Part shown: positions 42,233-51,342 of the stretch, piece after piece
How the letters are laid out: every line of letters begins with the position of its first letter
Position numbering within the stretch: position 1 is the stretch's first letter
NCBI GenBank assembly: GCA_947085855.1
Contig: CAMTYB010000001.1
Span: forward strand, 469,788 to 533,787
DNA from: an uncultured Candidatus Saccharibacteria bacterium
GTDB taxonomy: Bacteria; Patescibacteriota; Saccharimonadia; Saccharimonadales; 2-12-FULL-41-12
DNA: 64,000 nucleotides
Direction: 5' to 3'
Program-made: the position numbers and the translations under genes
Notes under the pieces: model-generated
Told to the model about the DNA's origin: nothing
Databases searched by the model: none
The model's input: the letters and a program-made list of their open reading frames with translations, nothing else

Positions 42233-44863
42233 CTATTGTAAGTGTTTATGCCGATCTACGCCACTGCGGCCAAAGATATAGAGGAGGCTTCCAAGCATAC
42301 ACACAGCTCCACCAATCGTAAGCCAATCAATAGGACTTTGAACACTCTTTGAGGGGAAACTAACTCCTGGTTTATGTGCTTCGGCAGGAGAATTTTTAGC
42401 TTCAGCTGCGCTCAAAACTGATGACGAAACAGCACTAAGAATCGAAGTTTTGCCTTGAGCAAAGTTAGTGTTGGTGGGTTTGGTACCGGCGCTGAACAAT
42501 AAATACGGCATATTTTGATATGTAAAAGACTTGGGTAGTCCGATTTGACCGTCACAACCATCGTCAATGGTGTCGTTGTCTGCGTCAACAAATGCAGGTT
42601 CTACGATTAAGCATAGTTCCTGGCTGTTTGGCGTGGCGTCGCCATCAATATCTTCAACAGAGTTGGCAACATAGATAACCTTCTGTATTTCTAAAGGTTC
42701 GCCAGCGGTACTTTTTATGTGTAGTCGCAGACTGTATATTCCAGGGGTCACAGAAGCGGGTATTTCAGTAACGGCAACCAGAGAACTGCCTGAAATAGAC
42801 CGAACAGTAAGCGGCAGAGGCACGTTGTCTAGGTATAGTTGCTTGCTGTCACTTGGTAACACGCCCGAGGCATAGATTGAGGCACTATCACCGCGCAAAC
42901 TCATTGAAGGTGTTAGGCCATTATCGAAAGCTATCCGTCGACCATGAGACACTGAGGTGTTTGCCGATTGATACGCAGCAAATGGAGGTGTTTGGTCTAG
43001 GACTTTACTGATCCCCCCGGCGTATAGTTGGTGACCAAGCTTTGTGGGGTGGTAGCTTTCACGCCCAGTTAGATGGAAGTCGATTGACCACGCTAGATCA
43101 TTGAGCGCCAGCGTGAACGTTTTATCATTACCAGCGGTCAGGCCATTAATAGCTAACTGATCCCCAGTGTTTTCACATAAGCGGTGTCCGTGTAGCACGT
43201 GCGCGACATCGATATACGCTACGCGAGCTAGCTGAGCGGCTTGTTGCAAGGTTTCGTTAAGCTGACCAACGATTTCATTACCAAACTCCAACTCGTTCTT
43301 ATCAAGCCGAACGTTTAACCCGCAGGCACCATCTGGATTGGCGAGGCTCGGGTAGCCGACGACGTAAATTGAAGCATTCGTGGCAGCAGCTTGCTTGATG
43401 TGCTGAAAAATCATAGTAAGCTGATCTTTCTTACTTGCGATCGTGTTCAAGAGGTCGGCTTTTTGGGTGGGATCTTTATAACAAGTTCCCGGCGATAAGC
43501 AGTTTGCAATAATGTGTCCAAAGCCAATATCATTGCCGCCAATCGAAACGGTTACCGCGCGCGGTTTATAGTGATCAACAAAGTCAATTTGTGGCCGATA
43601 TCCCACAAAGAAATTATTATAGATTTCTTGGTCTAGAAGATGGTGCTCTTTGCCGTGTGACTGTCGGGCATCTGAACGATAGTTTTTGGTAGGATCGTCA
43701 AATCGGATATCTTTCATTTTGGCACCAGAACAGGCTACCGACTCCACCTGGTTGAACTGTTGGCTTTGCTTTAGTAAAAATGGATAGGAAAAGTCAGACA
43801 GGTGACATTTATTAAACGGGTTGTCGCTATCGGTACCAGTTTTGTAATCAAAGATCCCTTCACCTGAAGTAAACGAGTCACCCAATGCCAAGTAATCAAG
43901 CTGCGATTCCTCGGAAGCGTCAGCCTTAAGCAAAAAATACCCAGTTTTTCCGGCATAATTTATGTATAATCGTACGCTTTTATTGGTACTAAATTGCGCA
44001 TGATGAACGTTCCGAAATCCAGGTAGCGATGTTTTTACAAATGGTAAAAAGTCTCGACTAGGACACATAGAGCGCATTTGGTTTACAGGAGTGCAATTTG
44101 CTAAGTCGTATATCTTCAGTATGTCGTAACCAGCAGCTGCTGCAAACACATAGCGACCGTCGCCAGAAATAGATAGTACGTAATGTGGCCGTATGCCAAT
44201 TCCGTAATTGTAGGCATCGCCAAAAATTAACGTTTGGCCAGTTTCGGTATTGACGCGTGTTAAGCCTTGGAAGGGTACGTCGCCCACTAGCCACTGGCCA
44301 TTGGAGGAGAAACGTACGTCTGCGAACTCTAAAGCGACGCCAAGATTGTCTGTGATCGCCAATATTGAGGCTGAAGCTGATAGTTGGTGGCGGATTATGC
44401 CAGTCGACTCAATAATTGGTTGAGAATTTTCTGCAAAATTTTTGACCAAATACTGTTTGCTGCCATATGTGCCACCACCCTGGAACAAAAAGTGTTTACT
44501 TGCCGGGATAGCTTGCCCGATTAACCTGTTGCCACTCTGGGCTACGACGGGCCCAGCTAGACGTGAGCCGGTCAGGGCGACAGTTGTGTCGGAGGCGCTC
44601 TGGAGCCCATACGCTGTGGCTACGGCGCAGACTTCGGTGCTCTGCTCGCTCTGCCCGTTTAATGGGCGTGCAGGTCTAGTTACGAAGGTTATCTGAGGCT
44701 GACAATCCTTGTTGCTGTAAAGCGGTATATGATCACTCGAGACAGTCTCGCTAATTTGCTGCAGTACAGGTGTTTGTCCAGCTGGGAACCAAGCATGAAC
44801 TGACTGTAATTGACCGCTAAAAACAGCGAGCAGAATTAAACTGATGTATACCAACCAAAACAA
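42233..44863 (-). CDS. large surface-anchored protein with central SGNH/GDSL hydrolase domain
   Basis: 876 aa with a signal peptide. SGNH blocks are 'ALGDSFTSGEG', 'VSIGGNDIGF' and 'YHPTKLGH'. C-terminal anchor 'WLTIGGAVCMLGSLLYIF'. Confidence 0.65.
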   Translation of the reverse strand: MFWLVYISLILLAVFSGQLQSVHAWFPAGQTPVLQQISETVSSDHIPLYSNKDCQPQITFVTRPARPLNGQSEQSTEVCAVATAYGLQSASDTTVALTGSRLAGPVVAQSGNRLIGQAIPASKHFLFQGGGTYGSKQYLVKNFAENSQPIIESTGIIRHQLSASASILAITDNLGVALEFADVRFSSNGQWLVGDVPFQGLTRVNTETGQTLIFGDAYNYGIGIRPHYVLSISGDGRYVFAAAAGYDILKIYDLANCTPVNQMRSMCPSRDFLPFVKTSLPGFRNVHHAQFSTNKSVRLYINYAGKTGYFLLKADASEESQLDYLALGDSFTSGEGIFDYKTGTDSDNPFNKCHLSDFSYPFLLKQSQQFNQVESVACSGAKMKDIRFDDPTKNYRSDARQSHGKEHHLLDQEIYNNFFVGYRPQIDFVDHYKPRAVTVSIGGNDIGFGHIIANCLSPGTCYKDPTQKADLLNTIASKKDQLTMIFQHIKQAAATNASIYVVGYPSLANPDGACGLNVRLDKNELEFGNEIVGQLNETLQQAAQLARVAYIDVAHVLHGHRLCENTGDQLAINGLTAGNDKTFTLALNDLAWSIDFHLTGRESYHPTKLGHQLYAGGISKVLDQTPPFAAYQSANTSVSHGRRIAFDNGLTPSMSLRGDSASIYASGVLPSDSKQLYLDNVPLPLTVRSISGSSLVAVTEIPASVTPGIYSLRLHIKSTAGEPLEIQKVIYVANSVEDIDGDATPNSQELCLIVEPAFVDADNDTIDDGCDGQIGLPKSFTYQNMPYLLFSAGTKPTNTNFAQGKTSILSAVSSSVLSAAEAKNSPAEAHKPGVSFPSKSVQSPIDWLTIGGAVCMLGSLLYIFGRSGVDRHKHLQ

Positions 44864-44928
44864 GACAATTCCCCGTACTAATTAAGTGCTAGTACAGAAC
44901 AGAGTGACAGCCGAGTATTTTGAAAACG

Positions 44929-46038
44929 TTAACGAACGAGGGCTTTGTCGTATAATTCGTGAGTTTGCTTGGCCATAGCTTGCCAGGAGTATTTTTTTAG
45001 CTGCTGGTGACCGGCGGCGACATATTTTTTTTGTATTTTTTTATCACCAAGCATTGATGAAATAGCTGTCGCCATGTCGTGGACATTGAGCGGATCAAAA
45101 TAAAGTGCAGCATCTCCGTAAACTTCTGGTAGGCAGGTGGCACTGCTACTGACAAGCGGACATCCGTGAGACATGGCTTCCATGCCGGGCAGGCCAAAGC
45201 CTTCACTCAAGGAAGGCAATACATAGGCCTCGGCGTTCTTGTAGAGCCACTTAAGCTCGCTGTCACTTACAAAACCAGTGAACTGTATACGCGAATATGA
45301 TGGCTGCTTCTTGGCCCATTGCTTGAGCTCCTTAAAGTAAAACTCTTCTTTACCTGCCAGAACAAGCTGTAGCTTAGGGTGATCAGCCGCAAGCATATCA
45401 AAAGCAGCAATCAGCCGGTAAATATTTTTATGTGGGAACGGGCTGCCAACGTGCATAATGAAGGGTTTGGTAATGTTTTTAGGCCTGTCTGCAGGTTCGC
45501 TGATTGGTGGTTCGCTGGACTCATATGTTACCTCTGTTTTAGAAGCCGTGAATGCGTAGTAGCGAGCTAGATCCTGGGCGACAAACTTAGTTGGGACAAT
45601 CACCAAATCTGTTCGTTTGTGAACGAGATAAAACATAAGACGATAGCCAAGACGCTTCAGCCAGAAGATAGGCGCCGGAGTTTTGCCGGCTCTAACAAAG
45701 CGCAGCATGGTCAAATCATGCGTAGTCGTGATTGTTTTACCCCAGTAGCTGAGCGGCTGTTGTGTCATCGTAAAGTGCACCAAATCTGGCTTGAGTTTGC
45801 GCAGCAGGTGACCAAACGCTACATCGTTTAATGGGTTAAATGAAAACTGCCGGAAACGGCAGGGAATAACCGTTATGTTATCTGTGCGAGGTCGCCATGC
45901 GTCATCGGGCTCAATAAGTACCGTAAAACGATGTGGTGACGGTAGTTTTTGCAGGTGCTCAAGTAGACGATCAGTGTAGCGCCCAGTGCTAGAGCGACGA
46001 ATTCGAGCGTCAATTACAATGTGTTTTCCGTTTGTCAT
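44929..46038 (-). CDS. glycosyltransferase family 4 (GT-B fold)
   Basis: 'LPSLSEGFGLPGMEAMSHGCPLVSS' is the GT1/GT4 nucleotide-sugar-binding signature. Confidence 0.85.
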   Translation of the reverse strand: MTNGKHIVIDARIRRSSTGRYTDRLLEHLQKLPSPHRFTVLIEPDDAWRPRTDNITVIPCRFRQFSFNPLNDVAFGHLLRKLKPDLVHFTMTQQPLSYWGKTITTTHDLTMLRFVRAGKTPAPIFWLKRLGYRLMFYLVHKRTDLVIVPTKFVAQDLARYYAFTASKTEVTYESSEPPISEPADRPKNITKPFIMHVGSPFPHKNIYRLIAAFDMLAADHPKLQLVLAGKEEFYFKELKQWAKKQPSYSRIQFTGFVSDSELKWLYKNAEAYVLPSLSEGFGLPGMEAMSHGCPLVSSSATCLPEVYGDAALYFDPLNVHDMATAISSMLGDKKIQKKYVAAGHQQLKKYSWQAMAKQTHELYDKALVR

Positions 46039-46066
46039 AAGTCTTCTTGCTACAATTATACGAAGA

Positions 46067-47410
46067 ATGAACGACTTTAAGAAGTATCTAACATGGTTTG
46101 TGGTTGCGCTATTTGCGTATATGCCGTTCCATATCTTCTTGTCTCAATGGCTCAGCACCTTTACCGGCGGGCTTGATATCTGGAAAATCGCCAAGGATGT
46201 TGTGACGGCGCTCCTGGTTTCAATATTGGTAATCTCTGTATTGCTACTCAAAAAATATACAAGAACATATCTGTTATTTGTTGGTTTTGCCGTAGTATTC
46301 CTGTTGCTGCATATTGGATTGCTTTTTGGTACCAATCAACCCCTTGATAATGGCCTTCTGGCAACAGTCTACAACAATAGGCTTGCCTGGTACTTTCTGA
46401 TTGGCTACAGCTTGGTATTATTAGCGCCCAAAACTGTTACGTCAAAAAAGTTTATCAAGATACTTCTGGTAGCTAGCACGATTGTCTGTTTGATTGGTTT
46501 TGCTCAATGGTTGTTGCCGAAAGATATCATGACGCACTTCGGTTATGGTGTAGACAGAGGGACAAAACCCGCCTTCTTCATCGATGATAAGCCTGATTTG
46601 CCGCGGGTGATGTCGACAATTCGTGACCCAAGCTCACTGGGCGTATTCTTGATTTTGCCGGTAACTATTTTAGTGGGTGCCCTCATTTCTTTTTGGAACA
46701 CAAAACGTCGTCAGCTCATTTGTGGCCTGCTTTTGTTGCATCTTCTCGTGTTGTTTTGGACGTTTTCACGCAGTGCTTTGCTGGGTGCAGTCTTAGCCGT
46801 AGGTGTTTTATTAGTACTGCGCTACGGTAGTTTACTCAAAAAACATGCGAGCAAAATCTTCGTACCGGCATTGATAGCGTTACTGATTTTAGTAGGTCTG
46901 GTTTATGTCCTTCGAGATCAATATATTGTGCAAAATGTAGTTTTTCACGCCGACGAAAGCACGACCCTTGAAGACCCTAATGAATTAAGACTTAAATTTA
47001 TGGGTGAAACGATAGAAGGGATTGGAAACGAACCGGAAGGTCATGGCCCTGGTACTGCTGGATTAGTGTCGATTCGATCTGAAAGTGGACAAGGCTTATT
47101 AACAGAAAACTATTATCTGCAAATTGCCTACGAAGTAGGAATTATCGGTCTGATCCTGTTCCTGATGTTTATCAGCCTGATCCTATTTAAATTATGGAAG
47201 GGTCGTGTGTCTCAGACCAATCAGGCGCTTATTGCAAGTTTGATAGGTATTTCCTTTACGGCGTTACTATTTCATACCTGGAGCAATGAAGCGATAGCGG
47301 CTACGTGGTTTGTTATAGCGGGCGTGGCGGTAGCAGCTACAGATCAGGAATTACCGGTGGACGCTTTTTATAAAGCAAAGCGTCAACCTCGGAAACGGAA
47401 AGCTGCCTAG
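46067..47410 (+). CDS. O-antigen ligase/polymerase-like (Wzy_C domain) polytopic membrane protein
   Basis: More than 10 hydrophobic helices, with 'WTFSRSALLGAVLAVG' typical of the Wzy_C loop region. The ATG at 46067 avoids overlap with the divergent GT4 gene. Confidence 0.65.
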   Translation: MNDFKKYLTWFVVALFAYMPFHIFLSQWLSTFTGGLDIWKIAKDVVTALLVSILVISVLLLKKYTRTYLLFVGFAVVFLLLHIGLLFGTNQPLDNGLLATVYNNRLAWYFLIGYSLVLLAPKTVTSKKFIKILLVASTIVCLIGFAQWLLPKDIMTHFGYGVDRGTKPAFFIDDKPDLPRVMSTIRDPSSLGVFLILPVTILVGALISFWNTKRRQLICGLLLLHLLVLFWTFSRSALLGAVLAVGVLLVLRYGSLLKKHASKIFVPALIALLILVGLVYVLRDQYIVQNVVFHADESTTLEDPNELRLKFMGETIEGIGNEPEGHGPGTAGLVSIRSESGQGLLTENYYLQIAYEVGIIGLILFLMFISLILFKLWKGRVSQTNQALIASLIGISFTALLFHTWSNEAIAATWFVIAGVAVAATDQELPVDAFYKAKRQPRKRKAA

Positions 47411-48299
47411 ATCGCTGAATGTCAAAACGATCTTTTAAGATACTTGGCACGTAGGCTAGAAACACGACTAGGGCTTTCAGCCAGATGTGTAGTTGAAAGT
47501 TAATGGCAGATCGAGCGGCCGTGCGCAGGAATTGATATAAGTATTTAGGTAAATATTTCCAGTACAGTTTGGTGGGCATATTCTTGGTATAAATGATTAA
47601 GAAGTTTTTTATCGAATGGTAGCGAGAGAAGTTACCTAATTTTGAGCTTGTAGCAGACAGGTGATGGTAGACAATCGAACTTGGCTCATAGAAAACCTTC
47701 CAGCCGGCTAATTGTGCCCTGAATGAGATATCAACGTCTTCGAAATAAGCAAAGAATCGTTCGTCAAAGAGGCCAATTTTTTTTAGCATTTTGGCGCTGT
47801 ATAAACTGGCTCCACCACTGGCGCCAAAGACTTCCTCGGCTTGGTCATATTGGCCGCTATCTTCTTGATTTCGGCCACGAGGGAAACCGATGCCATAAAC
47901 AGAATAAAAATCGCCAGTGCTATCAAAATATTTTTTATCACTACGCATGAGCTTACAGGTGACAATACCGGCATTGGTGGTTTTCATTGCTCGAGCTAGG
48001 TTTTTAAGCCAATCTTTGTCAGCGACAGCATCGTTATTGAAGAGCGCAATGGCGTCTGCTTTATTCTCGAGCGCGTAGCGAATACCGGTGTTAACTCCAC
48101 CGGCAAAACCAAGATTTTTTGAATTCTTGATCAGGACCACGTCGGGATATTTTGCCTCTATAAGTTCTATGGAGTTGTCTACTGAGCCGTTGTCGACAAC
48201 TACGGCGGTGTGTTCCTGAGTTTGGGTTTTGAGCGAATCAAGACAATCTGCTAAAAGATCGGCTCCGTTCCAATTAGGTATTACTACAAATATATTCAT
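47337..48299 (-). CDS. glycosyltransferase family 2
   Basis: 'VVIPNWNGADLLADCLDSL', 'VDNGSVDNS' and 'LFNNDAVAD' (DxD-like). Confidence 0.85.
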   Translation of the reverse strand: MNIFVVIPNWNGADLLADCLDSLKTQTQEHTAVVVDNGSVDNSIELIEAKYPDVVLIKNSKNLGFAGGVNTGIRYALENKADAIALFNNDAVADKDWLKNLARAMKTTNAGIVTCKLMRSDKKYFDSTGDFYSVYGIGFPRGRNQEDSGQYDQAEEVFGASGGASLYSAKMLKKIGLFDERFFAYFEDVDISFRAQLAGWKVFYEPSSIVYHHLSATSSKLGNFSRYHSIKNFLIIYTKNMPTKLYWKYLPKYLYQFLRTAARSAINFQLHIWLKALVVFLAYVPSILKDRFDIQRSRQLSVSEVDALLYKKRPPVIPDL

Positions 48300-48346
48300 T
48301 CCATTTACTTCTGTCTTCGACTATAATGACATACTAGCTATCACTT

Positions 48347-49147
48347 ATGAAACATGTATTTAGTAAGCAAAACCGTGCTTTATTGGCTGAACTAGTCCGC
48401 ACGGATTTTAAACTTAGATATCAAGGCTCTTTATTGGGCTACGCTTGGTCATTGCTTAAGCCATTGATGCTCTTTGCAATTCTGTATGTGGTGTTTGTTA
48501 AATTCTTAAAAATTGGCACTGGTGTCCCGCATTTTCCTATCTACCTTTTACTAGGTATAGTTTTGTGGAACTTCTTTTCAGAAATGACGAGTCAGAGCTT
48601 GTCGTCAATTGTTGAAAGAGGTGATTTAATACGTAAAATAAGAATACCAAGGTGGATTATAGTTGTCTCGGCTAGCGTTTCGGCTCTCATAAACCTCTTC
48701 TTAAACTTACTGGTAGTCTTAGTGTTTATGGTGATTAATAATGTAGATCTAATGCAGTCGGGTTTGTACTTCCCGATTATACTATTTGAAATATATCTTT
48801 TCTCACTAGGGATGTCTCTTTTCCTAGCCGCTGCATATGTGAAGTTTCGTGACATTGGACATATTTGGGAAGTTATACTGCAAGGTCTTTTCTATTTAAC
48901 ACCGATTTTATATCCCCTCACGCTAATTACAAACGAAACTTTGCAAAAGATTATTCTCTTAAACCCAATGGCGCAGTCTATACAAGATGCTAGATACTCA
49001 CTAATTACGCATGAAACTTTAACCATAGGGCAAGTTTATGGTGATACGGCTGCTCGCTTACTGCCGATAGGAATATGCGCAGCAGTTCTTGTAATCGGCA
49101 CCCTATATTTTAAGCGAGAAGCAAGAGATTTCGCGGAGAATCTATAA
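48347..49147 (+). CDS. wzm: polysaccharide ABC exporter permease (ABC-2, Wzm/TagG-like)
   Basis: 266 aa with 6 helices and N-terminal 'LVRTDFKLRYQGSLLGYAWSLLKPL', typical of Wzm/TagG. Confidence 0.8.
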   Translation: MKHVFSKQNRALLAELVRTDFKLRYQGSLLGYAWSLLKPLMLFAILYVVFVKFLKIGTGVPHFPIYLLLGIVLWNFFSEMTSQSLSSIVERGDLIRKIRIPRWIIVVSASVSALINLFLNLLVVLVFMVINNVDLMQSGLYFPIILFEIYLFSLGMSLFLAAAYVKFRDIGHIWEVILQGLFYLTPILYPLTLITNETLQKIILLNPMAQSIQDARYSLITHETLTIGQVYGDTAARLLPIGICAAVLVIGTLYFKREARDFAENL

Positions 49148-50331
49148 TGAGCGAAACAGCAATAAAAGTAACCAACGTAAGTAAAACATTTAAGCTGCCC
49201 CATGAGAAAAAAAGTTCCGTGAAAGGATTGTTCCTTGGCATATTTAAACCCAAAGCCACCTATGATAGACAGCAAGTTTTAGATGGTGTTTCATTTGAAA
49301 TAAAAAAAGGTGAATTCTTTGGGATTGTTGGGCGAAACGGTAGTGGAAAAAGCACACTACTCAAATTATTAGCAGGTATATATAGTCCAGACAAAGGCCA
49401 CATACAGATTAACGGCAAGCTAACTCCCTTTATAGAGCTAGGGGTTGGTTTTAATCCGGAGCTGACCGGTAGAGAAAACGTTTATTTAAATGGCGCCTTA
49501 CTTGGCTTCAATCGATCTGAAATGGATAAAATGTACAATGAAATTGTAGAGTTTGCCGAACTTGAAAAATTTATGGACCAGAAGCTGAAAAACTATTCTT
49601 CAGGTATGCAGGTTAGACTCGCCTTTTCTATCGCCATACAAGCTCAGAGCGACCTGATGCTTATAGACGAGGTTTTGGCAGTTGGAGACCAAGGTTTTCA
49701 GGAAAAATGCTACAGATACTTTTCAGATGTAAAAAAGACAGACAAGACCGTAGTGTTTGTGACCCATGACATGGGTAGCGTAGAAAGGTTTTGTGATCGA
49801 GTGTTATTGCTAGATAAAAGCCAGACAGAGAACGGAATTTACAAAGTAAGAGAAGCTGTCTCGCAGTATAATCAATTAAACTATCAGAAGAAAGCAAAAA
49901 AAGGCTCTCAAGTTAGAACGCAAAAAAACTTGTCGATCGAAGCTGTTAAGCTCGTCGACAAAAACGGCAAGGTAACTGACAAGTTTATGCAAGGCGATCC
50001 ACTAACTATACAGATTAAGGTTGATGAGTCGCAAAAAAATACCAAGCTAAAGGCTTATGTTATCGGATTGGCAATTCACGATAATGATGACATTAGTCTG
50101 GCGGGGCCAAATAGTCTTGGACACACTTTTAGCACAGATAAAAAAATAGTTGAATATAATATACCATCGATCCCCTTTAATCTGGGCGAATACTACTTGA
50201 CCGTCGCTCTTTATAATGAAGATGCCACAGAGATTCAGGATCTAATTGATAAAGACATTTCATTCTTTGTGAATACTAAAGAAGTTAAACACGGCAAATT
50301 TGTCCTGGATGGAATATGGAAAAATCACTAA
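49147..50331 (+). CDS. wzt: polysaccharide ABC exporter ATPase with C-terminal glycan-binding-like domain (Wzt/TagH-like)
   Basis: Walker A 'GRNGSGKST', signature 'YSSGMQVRL', Walker B 'LMLIDEVLAVGD'. A beta-rich C-terminal extension of about 150 aa resembles the Wzt_C domain. Confidence 0.8.
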   Translation: MSETAIKVTNVSKTFKLPHEKKSSVKGLFLGIFKPKATYDRQQVLDGVSFEIKKGEFFGIVGRNGSGKSTLLKLLAGIYSPDKGHIQINGKLTPFIELGVGFNPELTGRENVYLNGALLGFNRSEMDKMYNEIVEFAELEKFMDQKLKNYSSGMQVRLAFSIAIQAQSDLMLIDEVLAVGDQGFQEKCYRYFSDVKKTDKTVVFVTHDMGSVERFCDRVLLLDKSQTENGIYKVREAVSQYNQLNYQKKAKKGSQVRTQKNLSIEAVKLVDKNGKVTDKFMQGDPLTIQIKVDESQKNTKLKAYVIGLAIHDNDDISLAGPNSLGHTFSTDKKIVEYNIPSIPFNLGEYYLTVALYNEDATEIQDLIDKDISFFVNTKEVKHGKFVLDGIWKNH

Positions 50332-51332
50332 TTGAACAGACTCCTTTTGACCAGTTCAGCCGTCAATACCAAGTAGCTGAACAAATTAACAGTCTTCGTA
50401 AGAAGGGTGAAAAATTTAAAATTCTTGACGTCGGTGGGTACAAAGGTAAAACTGCAGACTTTCTTCCTGATGATGTTGTGATTGTCATGGATCTATTCGA
50501 GGCTAAAGAAGAAAACTATGTGAAAGGTAGTGCACTAGACATGCCTTTCAAAGACCGATCCTTTGATTTTATAGTTAGCTTTGACGTTCTGGAGCATATT
50601 GAAAAGAAAAATCGGAAGGTTTTTATTGATGAGTGCAACCGGGTTGCTTCCAGGGCTTTCTTTATCTGTGCTCCTCATATGTCGAAGATAAACGAAGAGT
50701 CTGAAACAATACTCAACTCCATGTATAAAAAGCTGCATGGTAAAGACCATGAATGGCTCAAGGAGCATATTGACTACACAATCCCTGATTTTGAACAAAT
50801 GGAAAAAATTGCAGAAGAAAAAAAGTTATATATACGAAAGTCTTTTAGCAATAAAACTTATTTATGGCTGGCAATGCAGCAGGCAATATTCTTAAATTCA
50901 AAGTATCCTTTAGGTGCTCAAAGTCTAGTAGAGCTTAATAAGTTTTATAATCAGAACCTAAAATATGACGGGGGGGCTGAAGAGGACGAAACCTACAGGA
51001 TAATTTTGTGTTGTTTCAGGCAAAAGGCTGATCATGCAAAAACCAAAGCCATCTCAACCGTTATTGATAAAGAAACTGATGGTCTTACGGAGATCCAGCT
51101 GATCAGTAAAATAGGTGACTACTATATGTATCTGGCTGAGAAGATGGGATCAGTCGCTAAAGATTATGAAGAAATGTATAAACACGAACAAAATCGGGCG
51201 CTTAAACTTGAGGAAGACAATAAGGTTTTGTGGGCTAGAATTAATTACATAGAGGATAATAAACTAAAAAATAAGCTAAAAAAATACACTGAAAGAATAC
51301 TGCATAGAGTAACTTTCAGAAAGAAAAGTTAA
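50316..51332 (+). CDS. class I SAM-dependent methyltransferase with C-terminal coiled-coil-like region
   Basis: Motif I 'ILDVGGYKG' and 'FDFIVSFDVLEHI'. The C-terminus 'YEEMYKHEQNRALKLEEDNKVLWARINYIEDNKLKNKLKKY' is heptad-like. 16-nt overlap with wzt. Confidence 0.7.
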   Translation: MEKSLIEQTPFDQFSRQYQVAEQINSLRKKGEKFKILDVGGYKGKTADFLPDDVVIVMDLFEAKEENYVKGSALDMPFKDRSFDFIVSFDVLEHIEKKNRKVFIDECNRVASRAFFICAPHMSKINEESETILNSMYKKLHGKDHEWLKEHIDYTIPDFEQMEKIAEEKKLYIRKSFSNKTYLWLAMQQAIFLNSKYPLGAQSLVELNKFYNQNLKYDGGAEEDETYRIILCCFRQKADHAKTKAISTVIDKETDGLTEIQLISKIGDYYMYLAEKMGSVAKDYEEMYKHEQNRALKLEEDNKVLWARINYIEDNKLKNKLKKYTERILHRVTFRKKS

Positions 51333-51342
51333 GCGGCATCAA

